Shown: piece after piece, positions 8,963 through 19,397 of the stretch
Layout: the number at the start of each line of letters is the position of its first letter
How positions within the stretch are numbered: the stretch's first letter is position 1
Assembly: GCA_965205015.1 (NCBI GenBank)
Contig: OZ242029.1
Span: 5,184,001-5,248,000, forward strand
Source of the DNA: Candidatus Poribacteria bacterium
GTDB taxonomy: Bacteria > Poribacteria > WGA-4E > WGA-3G
Direction: 5' to 3'
Length of the DNA: 64,000 nucleotides
Translations under genes and position numbers: made by a program
Notes under the pieces: generated by a model
Databases searched by the model: none
Seen by the model: only the letters and a program-made list of their open reading frames with translations
Told to the model about the DNA's origin: nothing

Positions 8963-10870
8963 ATGCAGCAACACTCGCCTGCCCTCTCTACGTCTCCACG
9001 CCAGAAGATCCGTTGGCGGATTATCTGGCTTGGGCTCGCGCTGATTCCCTTCAATAATTATTGGGTCTTCGCATCGCTGCGTTGGGATCAGGGGTTCCCG
9101 ACGACGATGTCCCTCTTTTTCAATACCATCTTCGCACTCGCTATCCTGGTTGCTATCAATGCAATTCTTCACCGGTTCGCACCGCGCGCTACGCTCACCC
9201 AAGGCGAATTGCTGACGCTCTACGCCATGCTCTCTATAGCCTCGGCTATCTGTGGACACGACCTGTTTGAGGTAATCATCACGAATATCGCCACGGTCGG
9301 TTGGTTGGCGACGGAGGAGAATGAATGGGCGACGCTTTTCCACCGTTATCTCCCAGATTGGCTCGCCTTGACGGATAAGAACCGTTTGACCGTCTATTTT
9401 ACAGGAGAATCCAGTCTTTATCTGCGTCCCCACCTTGAGATGTGGTGGCGGCCTGTGCTGGCGTGGAGTGGGTTTATCATCGTCCTGCTGTTCACAACGT
9501 TTTGCATCAACGTGATGCTACGCAGACAGTGGATTGAAATAGAACGGCTCAGTTACCCGATCATTGAATTACCGTATCAGATGACAACCGTGCGTTTCTT
9601 CCGCTCAAAACCGTTGTGGATCGGCATCATCCTCGCAGGTGGGATAGATGTCGTTAACGGGCTGCATTTTCTATATCCAAATTTTCCGGGACTCGGGGGT
9701 GAGTTCTATGATTTACGTCCCCTGTTTACGACGAAACCGTGGAACGCGATTGGCTGGACGCCGATCGTTTTCTTTCCCTTCGTTATCGGAATGGCGTATT
9801 TTATTCCACTTGACCTTTCATTTACGTTCTGGTTCTTCTATATCTTCTGGAAGTTTGAGATGATCTTCGGGAGTATCGCTGGTTTGCAACGGATTCCCGG
9901 GTTCCCGTTCATCTTCGATCAGTCGTTCGGGGTTTGCGTCGGTGTCCTGTGTATGGCGTTGTGGAGTGCGAGGGACCATTTGCGAGATGTCCTTAGACAG
10001 GCGTGGTACGGAATCAGAAGAACAGGGGCAAACGAACCGATGTCTTATCGTATCGCTGTGTTAGGGCTTATCTGTGGATTTCTACTGCTCGCCGGTTTTT
10101 GGTGGGTGGCGGGCATGTCGTTCTGGGTAGCAGTCCTCGTCTTTGCTATCCATCTGACGACGGTGACGGTGATTACGCGCGTCCGTGCTGAACTGGGTCC
10201 ACCGATCCACGACTTACGCTCCATGGGACCCGATGTCTTACTCCCCAAAATGTTTGGGATGCGACGGCTCGGCGGACAAAATCTGGCACTCTTTTCGCTG
10301 ATATTCTGCTTTAATCGTGCCTACCGAGGCAATACAATGCCGCATCAGTTAGAAGGGTTTAAATTGGCGGAACGGTCGCGTAGTTCTTCGCGACGAATTG
10401 CCGTTGCGATGCTCCTCGCGATGGTACTAAGTCCCTTCGCAGCGTTTTGGGGCGCGCTCCATCTCGGTTATGAGAGTGGCGCGATTGAAGTCTGGTCGGG
10501 GTCTGTGTTCAACCGCACCCAGAGTTGGTTGACGAACCCGATGCCTGTGGACGTTCCGTCTTTGATCGCCATGGTTTGTGGACTGCTGTTCGCGTTCGGT
10601 CTGACGTTGGTTCGACTCCGCTTTTTCTGGTGGCCCCTGTACCCGATTGGCTACGCCATCTCTGGGACGTGGGCAGTGAACTTTTTTTGGTTTTCAGTTT
10701 TTATCAGTTATTTCATCAAATTGGCGATTCTGCGTTTCGGCGGTGTGCGGACGTTTCGGCGGGTCGCCCCATTCTTTCTGGGACTGATTGTGGGCGAATT
10801 CTTGGTAGGCAGTGTCTGGGGACTGCTGGGCATCTTCCTCGAAAAGCCGATGTATCGATTTATATGGTGA
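8963..10870 (+). CDS. Polytopic membrane protein, DUF6785/DUF6784-like (putative transporter)
   Basis: RRQWIEIERLSYPI, RVRAELG, WWPLYPIGY motifs; many TM helices. Confidence 0.75.
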   Translation: MQQHSPALSTSPRQKIRWRIIWLGLALIPFNNYWVFASLRWDQGFPTTMSLFFNTIFALAILVAINAILHRFAPRATLTQGELLTLYAMLSIASAICGHDLFEVIITNIATVGWLATEENEWATLFHRYLPDWLALTDKNRLTVYFTGESSLYLRPHLEMWWRPVLAWSGFIIVLLFTTFCINVMLRRQWIEIERLSYPIIELPYQMTTVRFFRSKPLWIGIILAGGIDVVNGLHFLYPNFPGLGGEFYDLRPLFTTKPWNAIGWTPIVFFPFVIGMAYFIPLDLSFTFWFFYIFWKFEMIFGSIAGLQRIPGFPFIFDQSFGVCVGVLCMALWSARDHLRDVLRQAWYGIRRTGANEPMSYRIAVLGLICGFLLLAGFWWVAGMSFWVAVLVFAIHLTTVTVITRVRAELGPPIHDLRSMGPDVLLPKMFGMRRLGGQNLALFSLIFCFNRAYRGNTMPHQLEGFKLAERSRSSSRRIAVAMLLAMVLSPFAAFWGALHLGYESGAIEVWSGSVFNRTQSWLTNPMPVDVPSLIAMVCGLLFAFGLTLVRLRFFWWPLYPIGYAISGTWAVNFFWFSVFISYFIKLAILRFGGVRTFRRVAPFFLGLIVGEFLVGSVWGLLGIFLEKPMYRFIW

Positions 10871-10894
10871 GGGACCGCCTCTACCGTTTTTCGC

Positions 10895-10924
10895 TTGACA
10901 AAGCGTCGTGGATTCCCATAGAAT
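10895..10924 (+). promoter_or_regulatory. sigma70-type promoter for tyrA-cmk-plsC
   Basis: TTGACA-18-TAGAAT. Confidence 0.55.
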
Positions 10925-10993
10925 ATAATAAGATTTCTGCCTATTCGGTATACCGTAATATGTTCGCAAATTGAGGGGTTCCGAGACTTAACG

Positions 10994-11899
10994 ATGGGAC
11001 ACATACAACAACTTCGTCGAATTACAATATGGGGTGTCGGTTTAATCGGGGGATCGCTTGGACTCGCACTGAAAAAGAACGGATTTCAAGGGCAACGCGT
11101 CGGGTTGGGACGCAACATCGGCAGGCTTGAAAAGGCACTCCAACACGATGCGGTTGATGTGGTTACGACAGATATGGTGGAAGGCCTGCACGAAAGCGAT
11201 CTTGTCGTTCTATGCCCTCCTGTTGAGTTGGTGCCAGTGTTGGTCCAGCATATTGTTGAAGTTGTTGGTTCGCAACAGTCTATGGTGCTGACGGATGTCG
11301 GTAGTACGAAATCGGTGTTAGTGCAGCGGGTCGAGGCGCAGCTGAGGGAACAGGGGTCGGAGACCCTTTCCTTTGTCGGTGGACATCCAATGGCAGGTTC
11401 ACACGAAACCGGCGTCGACGCGGCGCGGGCAACGCTTTTTGAAAACGCCACGTGTATTGTGACACCCACAGAAAGTACGCAGTCGGATTCCCTACAGTTG
11501 GTCAGAAATCTATGGGAATTTGTCGGTGGTGTCCCGTGTTTCCTCACGCCTGAAACCCACGATCTCCTCATCGGTGCCGCAAGCCACCTCCCACATCTCA
11601 TTGCCAGTTTGCTCACCAATACCGTTGCGAATGTAGAAACGGAACAGCAGAAAGCGTTGGACTTTACAGCGACCGGCTTTCGGGATTCCACGCGTATTGC
11701 AGCGGGTTCGCCCGACTTGTGGACCGGCATTTTCTCCCAAAACAGAGATGTCCTTTTATCCCTCATAGATGACATCGTTAACAACTTAACTGAATTCAAA
11801 ACCTTGCTTCAGACGGATGACCTTGCTGAGATGGAACGTGTACTTCTGGAGGCGCAAGGTATCGTCGAGAAGCGTAGGAAAGCCTTAGGAGGCGTATGA
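10994..11899 (+). CDS. tyrA: Prephenate dehydrogenase
   Basis: GVGLIGGS, DVGSTK, GGHPMAG, SHLPH, GFRDSTRIA. Confidence 0.93.
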   Translation: MGHIQQLRRITIWGVGLIGGSLGLALKKNGFQGQRVGLGRNIGRLEKALQHDAVDVVTTDMVEGLHESDLVVLCPPVELVPVLVQHIVEVVGSQQSMVLTDVGSTKSVLVQRVEAQLREQGSETLSFVGGHPMAGSHETGVDAARATLFENATCIVTPTESTQSDSLQLVRNLWEFVGGVPCFLTPETHDLLIGAASHLPHLIASLLTNTVANVETEQQKALDFTATGFRDSTRIAAGSPDLWTGIFSQNRDVLLSLIDDIVNNLTEFKTLLQTDDLAEMERVLLEAQGIVEKRRKALGGV

Positions 11900-12570
11900 A
11901 AAAAACGGAATCTCAGGTGACGATTGCGATAGATGGACCCGCCGGGTCTGGGAAAAGCACAGTGGCTCGGCGTGTCGCGGAAAAACTCAGACTGCTGTAT
12001 CTCGATTCCGGGGCGATGTACCGAGCGGTGACCCTGTTGGCATTACAGGAAGGACTTGCAGCGGATAGCCCGAAATTGATTGACCGTGTGAAAGCGTGTC
12101 ATATTGAATTCACGGATAACGGTAGAACCATTCTGCTGAATACGGAGGATGTTTCTGTCCAGATCCGAACGCCAGCCGTCAACAGAGTGGTCGCAGATGT
12201 CGCGAAGATCCCAGAGATTCGCCGTGAAATTGTGAAACACCAACAGCGGATCGGTGCTGAAGGGAGCATCATCGCTGAGGGTAGGGATTTAACGACGATC
12301 GTTTTCCCGAACGCCGATTTTAAATTCTATCTTGATGCTTCTGTGACGGAGCGGGCAAAACGGAGACTCGCTGAACTCCAAGCGCAAGATGAAGAGGCAA
12401 CATTAGCAGTGGTTGAAGCAGAGATTCGCGAGCGGGATGAAAAAGATACGACGCGGGAACACAGTCCTTTGCGTGCGGCTCATGACGCGATTGTCGTGGA
12501 TACGACTGATAAAACGATTGAAGAAGTGGTTGATTTTATTATTACACGTGTGTGTGCAAACGAACGATGA
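11896..12570 (+). CDS. cmk: Cytidylate kinase
   Basis: IDGPAGSGKST, DSGAMYR, EGRD. Confidence 0.95.
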   Translation: MKKTESQVTIAIDGPAGSGKSTVARRVAEKLRLLYLDSGAMYRAVTLLALQEGLAADSPKLIDRVKACHIEFTDNGRTILLNTEDVSVQIRTPAVNRVVADVAKIPEIRREIVKHQQRIGAEGSIIAEGRDLTTIVFPNADFKFYLDASVTERAKRRLAELQAQDEEATLAVVEAEIRERDEKDTTREHSPLRAAHDAIVVDTTDKTIEEVVDFIITRVCANER

Positions 12571-12603
12571 GAATAGGAGGGGTTTGTAACCCCGATATTT
12601 TTT

Positions 12604-13275
12604 ATGTGGTATACCAATAATCAGTTCTGGACATCTCGTGCGGTCTATCGGTGGGGGCATCGGCTCACAAACCTTTTCTGTAAAACTTTCGGGCGGCTTG
12701 AAGCACAAGGCGTTCACCATATTCCGAGAGAAGGTGGGGTGCTCCTCGTTTCGAATCACGTCAGTTTTCTGGACCCCGTTATCGTCGGTTCCGCCGCCAA
12801 CCGTGAGGTCCATTATATGGCGCGAAGTAATGCCTTCGACATTCCCGGCTTAGGGAAACTCATCTCCGCCTATAATGCTTATCCGGTGAATAGAGGGGCA
12901 CCGGACTTAGGGGCGTTACGAAACACGATCTCTCTCTTGAAAAATGGCAACGCTGTGCTTATATTTCCCGAAGGCACTCGTAGTGTTGATGGCACGTTAG
13001 GGAAGGCGCGGGACGGTGCCTGCTTTATTGCACACCGGGCAGGCGTGCCGACGATTCCTGTTTTCCATAGTGGTGCGGAACGGATGTTACCGCGCCACAG
13101 TAAACGGCTGCGTCGGTCAAAGTTGACTGTCGTCTTCGGTCCGCCGCTTGAACTCACTGTCGAAAAGTTTGAGACGAAGCGCGAGATGTATCAACAGATG
13201 GGCAATCAGATGATGGAAGCAATCGCTAATTTGCGGGAGAGTCTGTTAGGAAGTCGGATTCGCCAGAATGAGTAA
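12604..13275 (+). CDS. plsC: 1-acyl-sn-glycerol-3-phosphate acyltransferase
   Basis: NHVSFLD and FPEGTRS motifs. Confidence 0.9.
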   Translation: MWYTNNQFWTSRAVYRWGHRLTNLFCKTFGRLEAQGVHHIPREGGVLLVSNHVSFLDPVIVGSAANREVHYMARSNAFDIPGLGKLISAYNAYPVNRGAPDLGALRNTISLLKNGNAVLIFPEGTRSVDGTLGKARDGACFIAHRAGVPTIPVFHSGAERMLPRHSKRLRRSKLTVVFGPPLELTVEKFETKREMYQQMGNQMMEAIANLRESLLGSRIRQNE

Positions 13276-14340
13276 AACATCCCCCTCTTGAACCTGATAG
13301 GTCTTGCCCTCGGCTCGCAATAGACCTTTACTTCGGGCTTGTGGGTAACTGCCGCACGCGACTAAGTCAGCCCAGTTAATTGTTTCAGAACGGATGAACC
13401 CTTTTGCGAAATCGGTATGGACACGTCCCGCTGCATCGACAGCAGTCTGTCCCTTCTGCAGCGTCCAGGCGCGTGTCTCGACGGGACCCGTCGTAAAGAA
13501 CGTTAGCAGTCCTAATAACTGATACGATGTCTGGATGAACCGCTCTAAAGCGGATTCGCGCAGTCCCATTTCCTCCATGAAAATTTCGGTATCCGTTTCA
13601 TCGAGTTGCGACAACTCCATTTCCAGTTGTGCGGCGAGGACAATGACTTCCGTTTGGGGTTCTGTCTTATATTGCGTAAAGCGTTCGAGAATTTCATCAG
13701 CGGCGTCGAGTTGGGTTTCACCGATGTTGCAGACTAACAACAACGGTTTCTGGGTCAAGAACCCATAGCCGCGTATCACTTTCTCTTCATTGGCAGAGAG
13801 GTCGAGCCTCCGGAGCGGTTTGCCGGCTTCAAGCGTTTTCTGACACGCCTCTAAAAGTCTAATTTCACTTTGCTGTTCCGCAAGTTTCTGATTCTGAAAT
13901 TGCTTACGGAGCCGCGTCAGTCTGCCTTCAACGATCTGCAAATCTGCCAATGCGAACTCAAGGGCGACGCTTTCAATATCGCGTGCGCCGTCAACGCTGC
14001 CGTCAACGTGTGGAACCGCGTCGTCTTCAAAGAGTCTGACGACATGTGCAAGGGCATCGACTGTGCGGAGTTCTGCGAGCATTCCAGAATCTAATTCTGC
14101 TTGTTCCATGTCCGATTTTGTTACCCCAGCAACGTCCACGTAGTCGATTGTCGCCGGTGTTGTTTTGTTAGATTCGGATATCTTTGCTATCGGGTCCAAG
14201 CGTTCGTCTGGGACGTTGGCGGTACTCAGGTTTATCTGCCCGCGACTGGTATAGCCCCCAATTTCTGCGTTGGATTGGGCTAAGGTATTGAACACTGTCG
14301 TTTTTCCGACTTGGGGTCTGCCGACAATTCCTATTTTCAT
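13246..14340 (-). CDS. ychF: Redox-regulated ATPase YchF
   Basis: P-loop GRPQVGKTT, VPDERL, DVAG, TGS tail HTDFAKGFIR; 30-bp convergent overlap with plsC. Confidence 0.92.
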   Translation of the reverse strand: MKIGIVGRPQVGKTTVFNTLAQSNAEIGGYTSRGQINLSTANVPDERLDPIAKISESNKTTPATIDYVDVAGVTKSDMEQAELDSGMLAELRTVDALAHVVRLFEDDAVPHVDGSVDGARDIESVALEFALADLQIVEGRLTRLRKQFQNQKLAEQQSEIRLLEACQKTLEAGKPLRRLDLSANEEKVIRGYGFLTQKPLLLVCNIGETQLDAADEILERFTQYKTEPQTEVIVLAAQLEMELSQLDETDTEIFMEEMGLRESALERFIQTSYQLLGLLTFFTTGPVETRAWTLQKGQTAVDAAGRVHTDFAKGFIRSETINWADLVACGSYPQARSKGLLRAEGKTYQVQEGDVLLILANPTS

Positions 14341-14358
14341 TTTTTTTCTAAAAATCTA

Positions 14359-14387
14359 TTGACAACATCCGTCTAAAGTATTAAGAT
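14359..14387 (+). promoter_or_regulatory. sigma70-type promoter
   Basis: TTGACA-17-TAAGAT. Confidence 0.6.
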
Positions 14388-14398
14388 AAGGGGTGAAT

Positions 14399-14518
14399 GG
14401 TAGCCTTCAACAACGGCACAGGGTTTTTGCTTGGGTATTTCTGCGAATTTCTTCAGATTTAAGGGACGCATTTGATAGTTCTAACGGACGTTGTTTAACC
14501 ACAAGGAATAACTAAAAA
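14399..14518 (+). repeat. Start-codon-abutting leader element, copy 1 (diverged)
   Basis: ggtagccttcaacaa...aaccacaaggaataactaaaaa-ATG aligns with the copies at 28300 and 31207. Confidence 0.65.
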
Positions 14519-14908
14519 ATGGCAGCAGAAAAAGGAACATGGAGACGGCACATCGTCAAAGGTTTAACAGTGCTCTTAATCCTCACGATATGTCTTGCCG
14601 TTTTGCAATGGTTTATCATCAAAGAATTATTTGGTTTCGGTGCCGATATGGTGAAGGATGCCCTGGTGCGGCAAGCCCCTGAAGGGGTGGATCGATATAA
14701 CATTGAGGCGACATTTGATCGGGTCAAAACAGCGGGTATGCAGCTGCCGTTCAGTTTCCTTACGGGAAAAATCAGTCTTCGCAAAATCAGAGCCGTTGGT
14801 AGATATGCGATAGAAGCGAATGCTGATGAATCTTGGGACGCCGAGGAGGTTAATACACTCCTGCGAATGATGAACGCCTCTGTCGGGGTTAAAGGAGGAA
14901 CCGAGTAA
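14519..14908 (+). CDS. Hypothetical membrane-anchored protein
   Basis: 129-aa ORF with N-terminal TM, downstream of a promoter. Confidence 0.7.
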   Translation: MAAEKGTWRRHIVKGLTVLLILTICLAVLQWFIIKELFGFGADMVKDALVRQAPEGVDRYNIEATFDRVKTAGMQLPFSFLTGKISLRKIRAVGRYAIEANADESWDAEEVNTLLRMMNASVGVKGGTE

Positions 14909-14942
14909 CTGACAGTATCGGTTTGCAAGCGACGCTTAAACA

Positions 14943-15701
14943 ATGCGAACACAACTAACTCCCCCTTATGAGAAGTTCGCCTATGCCTATGATAGGATGA
15001 TGACGAACGTCAACTATACGCGTTGGACCCATTATATTGAGTCGCTTTTCGACAAATATGATGCCAAACCGCGCACGGTTCTTGATGTAGCCTGTGGTAC
15101 CTGTGCCTTGACGATAGAACTCGCATTGAGAGACTATGAGATGACTGGCGTGGACCGGGCAGTGGGTATGCTGGACATCGCGAAGGAAAAAGCCGCGGCG
15201 CACGATGTAAATATCGAACTCCATTCCGGTGACATGCGCGAATTTCAACTGAACCAACGGTTTGACGCCGTCCTCTGCACTTACGATAGCATTAACTATG
15301 CTTACGATGAAACCGAATTAAGCAACGTCTTTCAGTGTGTCGCCGAGCATCTCGAACCGGATGGCTTATTTATCTTTGATGTGACGACGGAACGGAACAT
15401 CGTTGAGCATTTTCACAACAGAACGTTCGCGTCAAACCATGAGGATTATACCTACATCTGGAAAAACAACTACCTCCATCACTCCAAGATGTGCCGCACC
15501 GTCCTAACCTTTTTTATTCGAGAGGGCGACCTGTTTCGCCGTTATGAAGAGATTCACCAACAGCGAATCTTTGAAGTTAGCACCGTCAATGACTTGCTCA
15601 AAGCCGCCGGTTACAAGCCGCTGAGTGCTTACGACATGTACACCTTCAATCGTTGGAACCGCTATTCAGATCGGATTAATTTTACAGCGCGTTTACTCTG
15701 A
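14943..15701 (+). CDS. Class I SAM-dependent methyltransferase
   Basis: VLDVACGTC, GDMR, DSINY, LFIFDV. Confidence 0.9.
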   Translation: MRTQLTPPYEKFAYAYDRMMTNVNYTRWTHYIESLFDKYDAKPRTVLDVACGTCALTIELALRDYEMTGVDRAVGMLDIAKEKAAAHDVNIELHSGDMREFQLNQRFDAVLCTYDSINYAYDETELSNVFQCVAEHLEPDGLFIFDVTTERNIVEHFHNRTFASNHEDYTYIWKNNYLHHSKMCRTVLTFFIREGDLFRRYEEIHQQRIFEVSTVNDLLKAAGYKPLSAYDMYTFNRWNRYSDRINFTARLL

Positions 15702-15742
15702 AGGTTCGCCGGGCTTGCCGTTGAAAAAAACGATCCCACGTA

Positions 15743-16795
15743 TTACAATCCCTCTACAACAAGATCGCCAACCTCTTCAGTCGTGTAGCCCATTCGTCCG
15801 GCACCGAGGTCTTTAATTTTCCCACTTGCCAACAGGTCACTGATAGATTTCTCCACTTTTGTTGCCGCTTCTGCGTGTCCGAGATGGTCGAGCATCATTC
15901 CGGCAGCCCCTATCGCTGCGATCGGATTAATCTGATTTTTGCCGGTGTAACGCGGCGCGGAGCCGTGAATCGGTTCAAACATGGCGACGCTTTCTGGGTT
16001 CAGGTTGCCAGACGCTGCCACCCCCATGCCCCCTTGAATCATCGCACCAAGATCGGTGATAATGTCTCCAAACATGTTGCATGTCACAATGACATCGAAC
16101 CACTCTGGGTTTTTCACCATCCACATTGTTGTCGCATCGACAAAGGCATATTCCTTCTTGATGTCGGGATAATCTTCGCCTACCTCGTCAAAGACCCGCC
16201 GCCACAAATCGTGTGCGTAAGTGAGGACGTTGGCTTTGTCGCAGAGCGTCAGCGTATTTTCCCTGTTGCGCTTTTTGGTGAGTTCGTAGGCATAGCGCAC
16301 GCAGCGTTCTACACCTTTGTAGGTGTTAATCATTTCCTGAATTGCCACTTCATCGCGTGTGCCGCGTTTCAGGAAACCTCCGATACCGGCGTATAAACCT
16401 TCGGTGTTCTCGCGAACAATGATGAAGTCGATTTCTTCCGGTCCCTTGTCTTTCACGGGGGTTGGGACACCGGGATAGAGTTTGACGGGACGGAGGTTGA
16501 TGTAGAGATCGAGTTCAAACCGGACCTTGAGCAGGATGCCTTTCTCTAAAATACCGGGTTTGACATCGGGATGCCCGATGGCACCAAGGTAGATAGCGTC
16601 TAATCCCCGGAGCTCCTCTAAAACTGAATCCGGTAAGACTTCTCCCGTTGCCAGGTACCGGTCGCCGCCGACATCGTATTCGACTGTCTCGTATTGAATT
16701 CCTGCTTGTTTCGCTGCTGCCCCGAAGACCTTCATCGCTTCGCGCGTTACTTCGGGGCCGATTCCATCGCCAGGGATAAGCCCGATTTTGTACAT
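15743..16795 (-). CDS. leuB: 3-isopropylmalate dehydrogenase
   Basis: [36 protein letters not shown]; start moved to MYKIG. Confidence 0.88.
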   Translation of the reverse strand: MYKIGLIPGDGIGPEVTREAMKVFGAAAKQAGIQYETVEYDVGGDRYLATGEVLPDSVLEELRGLDAIYLGAIGHPDVKPGILEKGILLKVRFELDLYINLRPVKLYPGVPTPVKDKGPEEIDFIIVRENTEGLYAGIGGFLKRGTRDEVAIQEMINTYKGVERCVRYAYELTKKRNRENTLTLCDKANVLTYAHDLWRRVFDEVGEDYPDIKKEYAFVDATTMWMVKNPEWFDVIVTCNMFGDIITDLGAMIQGGMGVAASGNLNPESVAMFEPIHGSAPRYTGKNQINPIAAIGAAGMMLDHLGHAEAATKVEKSISDLLASGKIKDLGAGRMGYTTEEVGDLVVEGL

Positions 16796-16904
16796 AGATA
16801 TTCTCCAAGATGTTATAGTTTGCAAGTCAAGACTTGCTTTAGAAAAGTAGACTCCTTATATTTTACTACATTCGGGACGATATTGCAAATTGGGTAGGAC
16901 GTAC

Positions 16905-18050
16905 TCATCTCGCTTTCAAAATAGTGTATTGCTGCGGTTGACCCTCAACAATTTTCAACACACGGATACCGGCAGCAGGTTTGATAGGATGACGGTTCTT
17001 ATCAAAGCTGGAAATAGTTGTCGCCCCTTGGTAGTCAGTGATAGCGGCAACTGCATCCCGAATCATAACAGGGTCTGTGGATTGCGCGTTTTCAATCGCT
17101 ATTACCAATAACTTCATGGCATCGTAACCTAATGGCGCAATACCGATAGGCTGAGCTTTAAACATTGTTTCATAAGCACCCGTAAAATCTGCAGCAAGTT
17201 CATCCGAGATACTACAATAGTAGGAATTTTCGAGAGGGGTGTTATCCTCTAAAATGTCTAACATTAACGGATCATCCCAACCATCGCTGCCGATAAAGAT
17301 GGACTTAAGGCGCATCTCCCGCGCTTGTTTCACGATGCGCGGGTTCTCTGGCGGAAAACTCGCGAGCAGCAGAACATCAGGGCTTGACTCTTTGATGATC
17401 GCCAGTTGTGCATGAAACGTTGTATCGCCTTGTTCATACGTTTGACTGGCAACAATGCGACCGCCAAGTTCTTGGAAATTCGCATCAAATGCGTTAACGA
17501 AACCTTTAGAGTAAACATCCCCGTTCTGCCAAAGCATCGCTGCAGTTTTCTTGCCGAGGTCGTTCACTACAAAACCTGCCATGACTTTCGCTTGCAAGGC
17601 GTTTGAATTCGCCACGAGAAAGAGAAAATCTCTGGGATCATTCCCAGTATTCGTCACGTCGGCACCAGTTGCCCCGACAATGACGGGGATATTGATGATC
17701 GGTCCAACTTTAACGGCACTACTTGAAAACATCGGACCTAATATAGCGACAACGTTTTCCATTTTAGCTAATTCTATTGCAGAATCAGCAATGGATTCCG
17801 CTTCCACTTTATAGATAAGCTCTACCTGCCTCCCAAGAACACCGCCTGCCTTGTTGATTTCGGCTAAGGCGAGTCTTGCCCCGTCGCCAAAAGTGGCGTA
17901 ATTTAGCAACGGATGAATCAAACCCACTTTAAGGGTAGGCGTTGACTCTCCAATTATTTCGACATCTTCCGTTCTCTCCCCCGCAGACAGGTAAGCGACT
18001 GAGAGTCCGATTAATACGCATACTGTTAACCTAAAAATTTTCGGATTCAT
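16905..18050 (-). CDS. Branched-chain amino acid-type ABC substrate-binding protein (LivJ/K-like)
   Basis: EINKAGGVLGRQVEL, GSDGWD, GYDAM; signal peptide. Confidence 0.88.
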   Translation of the reverse strand: MNPKIFRLTVCVLIGLSVAYLSAGERTEDVEIIGESTPTLKVGLIHPLLNYATFGDGARLALAEINKAGGVLGRQVELIYKVEAESIADSAIELAKMENVVAILGPMFSSSAVKVGPIINIPVIVGATGADVTNTGNDPRDFLFLVANSNALQAKVMAGFVVNDLGKKTAAMLWQNGDVYSKGFVNAFDANFQELGGRIVASQTYEQGDTTFHAQLAIIKESSPDVLLLASFPPENPRIVKQAREMRLKSIFIGSDGWDDPLMLDILEDNTPLENSYYCSISDELAADFTGAYETMFKAQPIGIAPLGYDAMKLLVIAIENAQSTDPVMIRDAVAAITDYQGATTISSFDKNRHPIKPAAGIRVLKIVEGQPQQYTILKAR

Positions 18051-18344
18051 GAACTGCTCCTATGTTTTTAGACCAAGGTACCCAGGGCAGGATAGTCTAA
18101 TATTCTGTTTGAGGGTTTTCGGTTAGATAATGATGGGCTTGCAATCCATCTGAATGCTGCTGTCCTATCATTATTCAATCTTCAAAAGTATAACAAATGT
18201 AAGAAAATAGTCAAGAAAAAACTGGTACTTCAAGTCATGACTGAATGCGGCTGCGATGAGCGGATTTGATGTTTCCGCAAAAAGTAGGGATGTGGTATAA
18301 TAGTTACCTACATTGCAGTGTATTTGAGACACTGGAGGAACACA

Positions 18345-19397
18345 TTGATTAGCGAAGCGCGCCTGAAGACAATTCTCAATCAATTTCGCGACCAACGTAT
18401 CCTTGTCGTTGGTGATTTTTATCTTGACGCCTATTGGTACATAGACAAGACCCGTTCAACGCTCTCCTTGGAAACGCCGTGGCATACCAATCCCGTTGTT
18501 GCGCAACGTTATAGTCCCGGGGCTGCTGGAACGGTTACAAATAACCTGAAGGCGTTAGGCGTAGGCACGGTCTATACATTGGGTGTTATTGGTGAAGACG
18601 GATTCGGGGGGACGCTGCTGGAGTGTTTACAGACGAGCGGATGCCTGACGGATTTTATGATACAGGTGCCGGGACGGGTAACGCCTACCTATCTTAAACC
18701 TATGCATCGTGGCTATGAAGGCGTGGAGACGGAGGGACCGCGGTTCGATATTGAGAACCGATCGGCGATGGATGGAGCGGTTGAAACTGCGGTTATTAAT
18801 GCCCTTCGGAATTGTATACCACTGGTTGATGGTGTAATTGTCGGGGATCAGATGCCGATTGAGAACTTGGGTGTTGTTACTAACCGAGTGAGAGAAGCGT
18901 TATGTGAGTTGGGCGTGGCGTTTCCTGATAAAGTCTTTTTCGCCGACGCTCGCACGCGGATTGGTCAGTATCGAAACGTCATTATTAAACCGAATCGGTT
19001 TGAAGCGAAACGTGCGCTTCAACCAGAGTGGCATGGACGGGAAGTTGACATCGAGGACGCGAGACAATGTGCCGTTGCCCTCGGAGAACAGACCCAAAGA
19101 ACGGTATACGTCACCCTCGGCGAAAACGGTATTCTCGTCTACAATAGCGGTGAGTTTACGCACATCCCCGGTGTCTCCCTTAACGATGAGATTGATCCAG
19201 TTGGCGCGGGGGATAGTGTTTCGGCGGGACTTGTTGCAACGCTCTGTAGTCTACGCGCTTCACAAGTAGAGGCATCTGTTGAGGCGGCTTATGTTGGGAA
19301 TCTGGTGGCTTCAATTACCGTCACTAAAATCGGTACGACGGGTACCGCGTCACCCGCAGAAATCCTACAACGTCATCGGAACTATGAGAATCTATGA
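18345..19397 (+). CDS. PfkB-family kinase, HldE/RfaE kinase-domain-like
   Basis: LVVGDFYLD, PGAAG, KPNRFE, DPVGAGD; TTG start after GGAGG. Confidence 0.85.
   Translation: MISEARLKTILNQFRDQRILVVGDFYLDAYWYIDKTRSTLSLETPWHTNPVVAQRYSPGAAGTVTNNLKALGVGTVYTLGVIGEDGFGGTLLECLQTSGCLTDFMIQVPGRVTPTYLKPMHRGYEGVETEGPRFDIENRSAMDGAVETAVINALRNCIPLVDGVIVGDQMPIENLGVVTNRVREALCELGVAFPDKVFFADARTRIGQYRNVIIKPNRFEAKRALQPEWHGREVDIEDARQCAVALGEQTQRTVYVTLGENGILVYNSGEFTHIPGVSLNDEIDPVGAGDSVSAGLVATLCSLRASQVEASVEAAYVGNLVASITVTKIGTTGTASPAEILQRHRNYENL

Noticed and set aside
18051-18180. Riboswitch upstream of the LivJ-like gene
   Set aside because: Only short hairpins; no recognisable aptamer consensus
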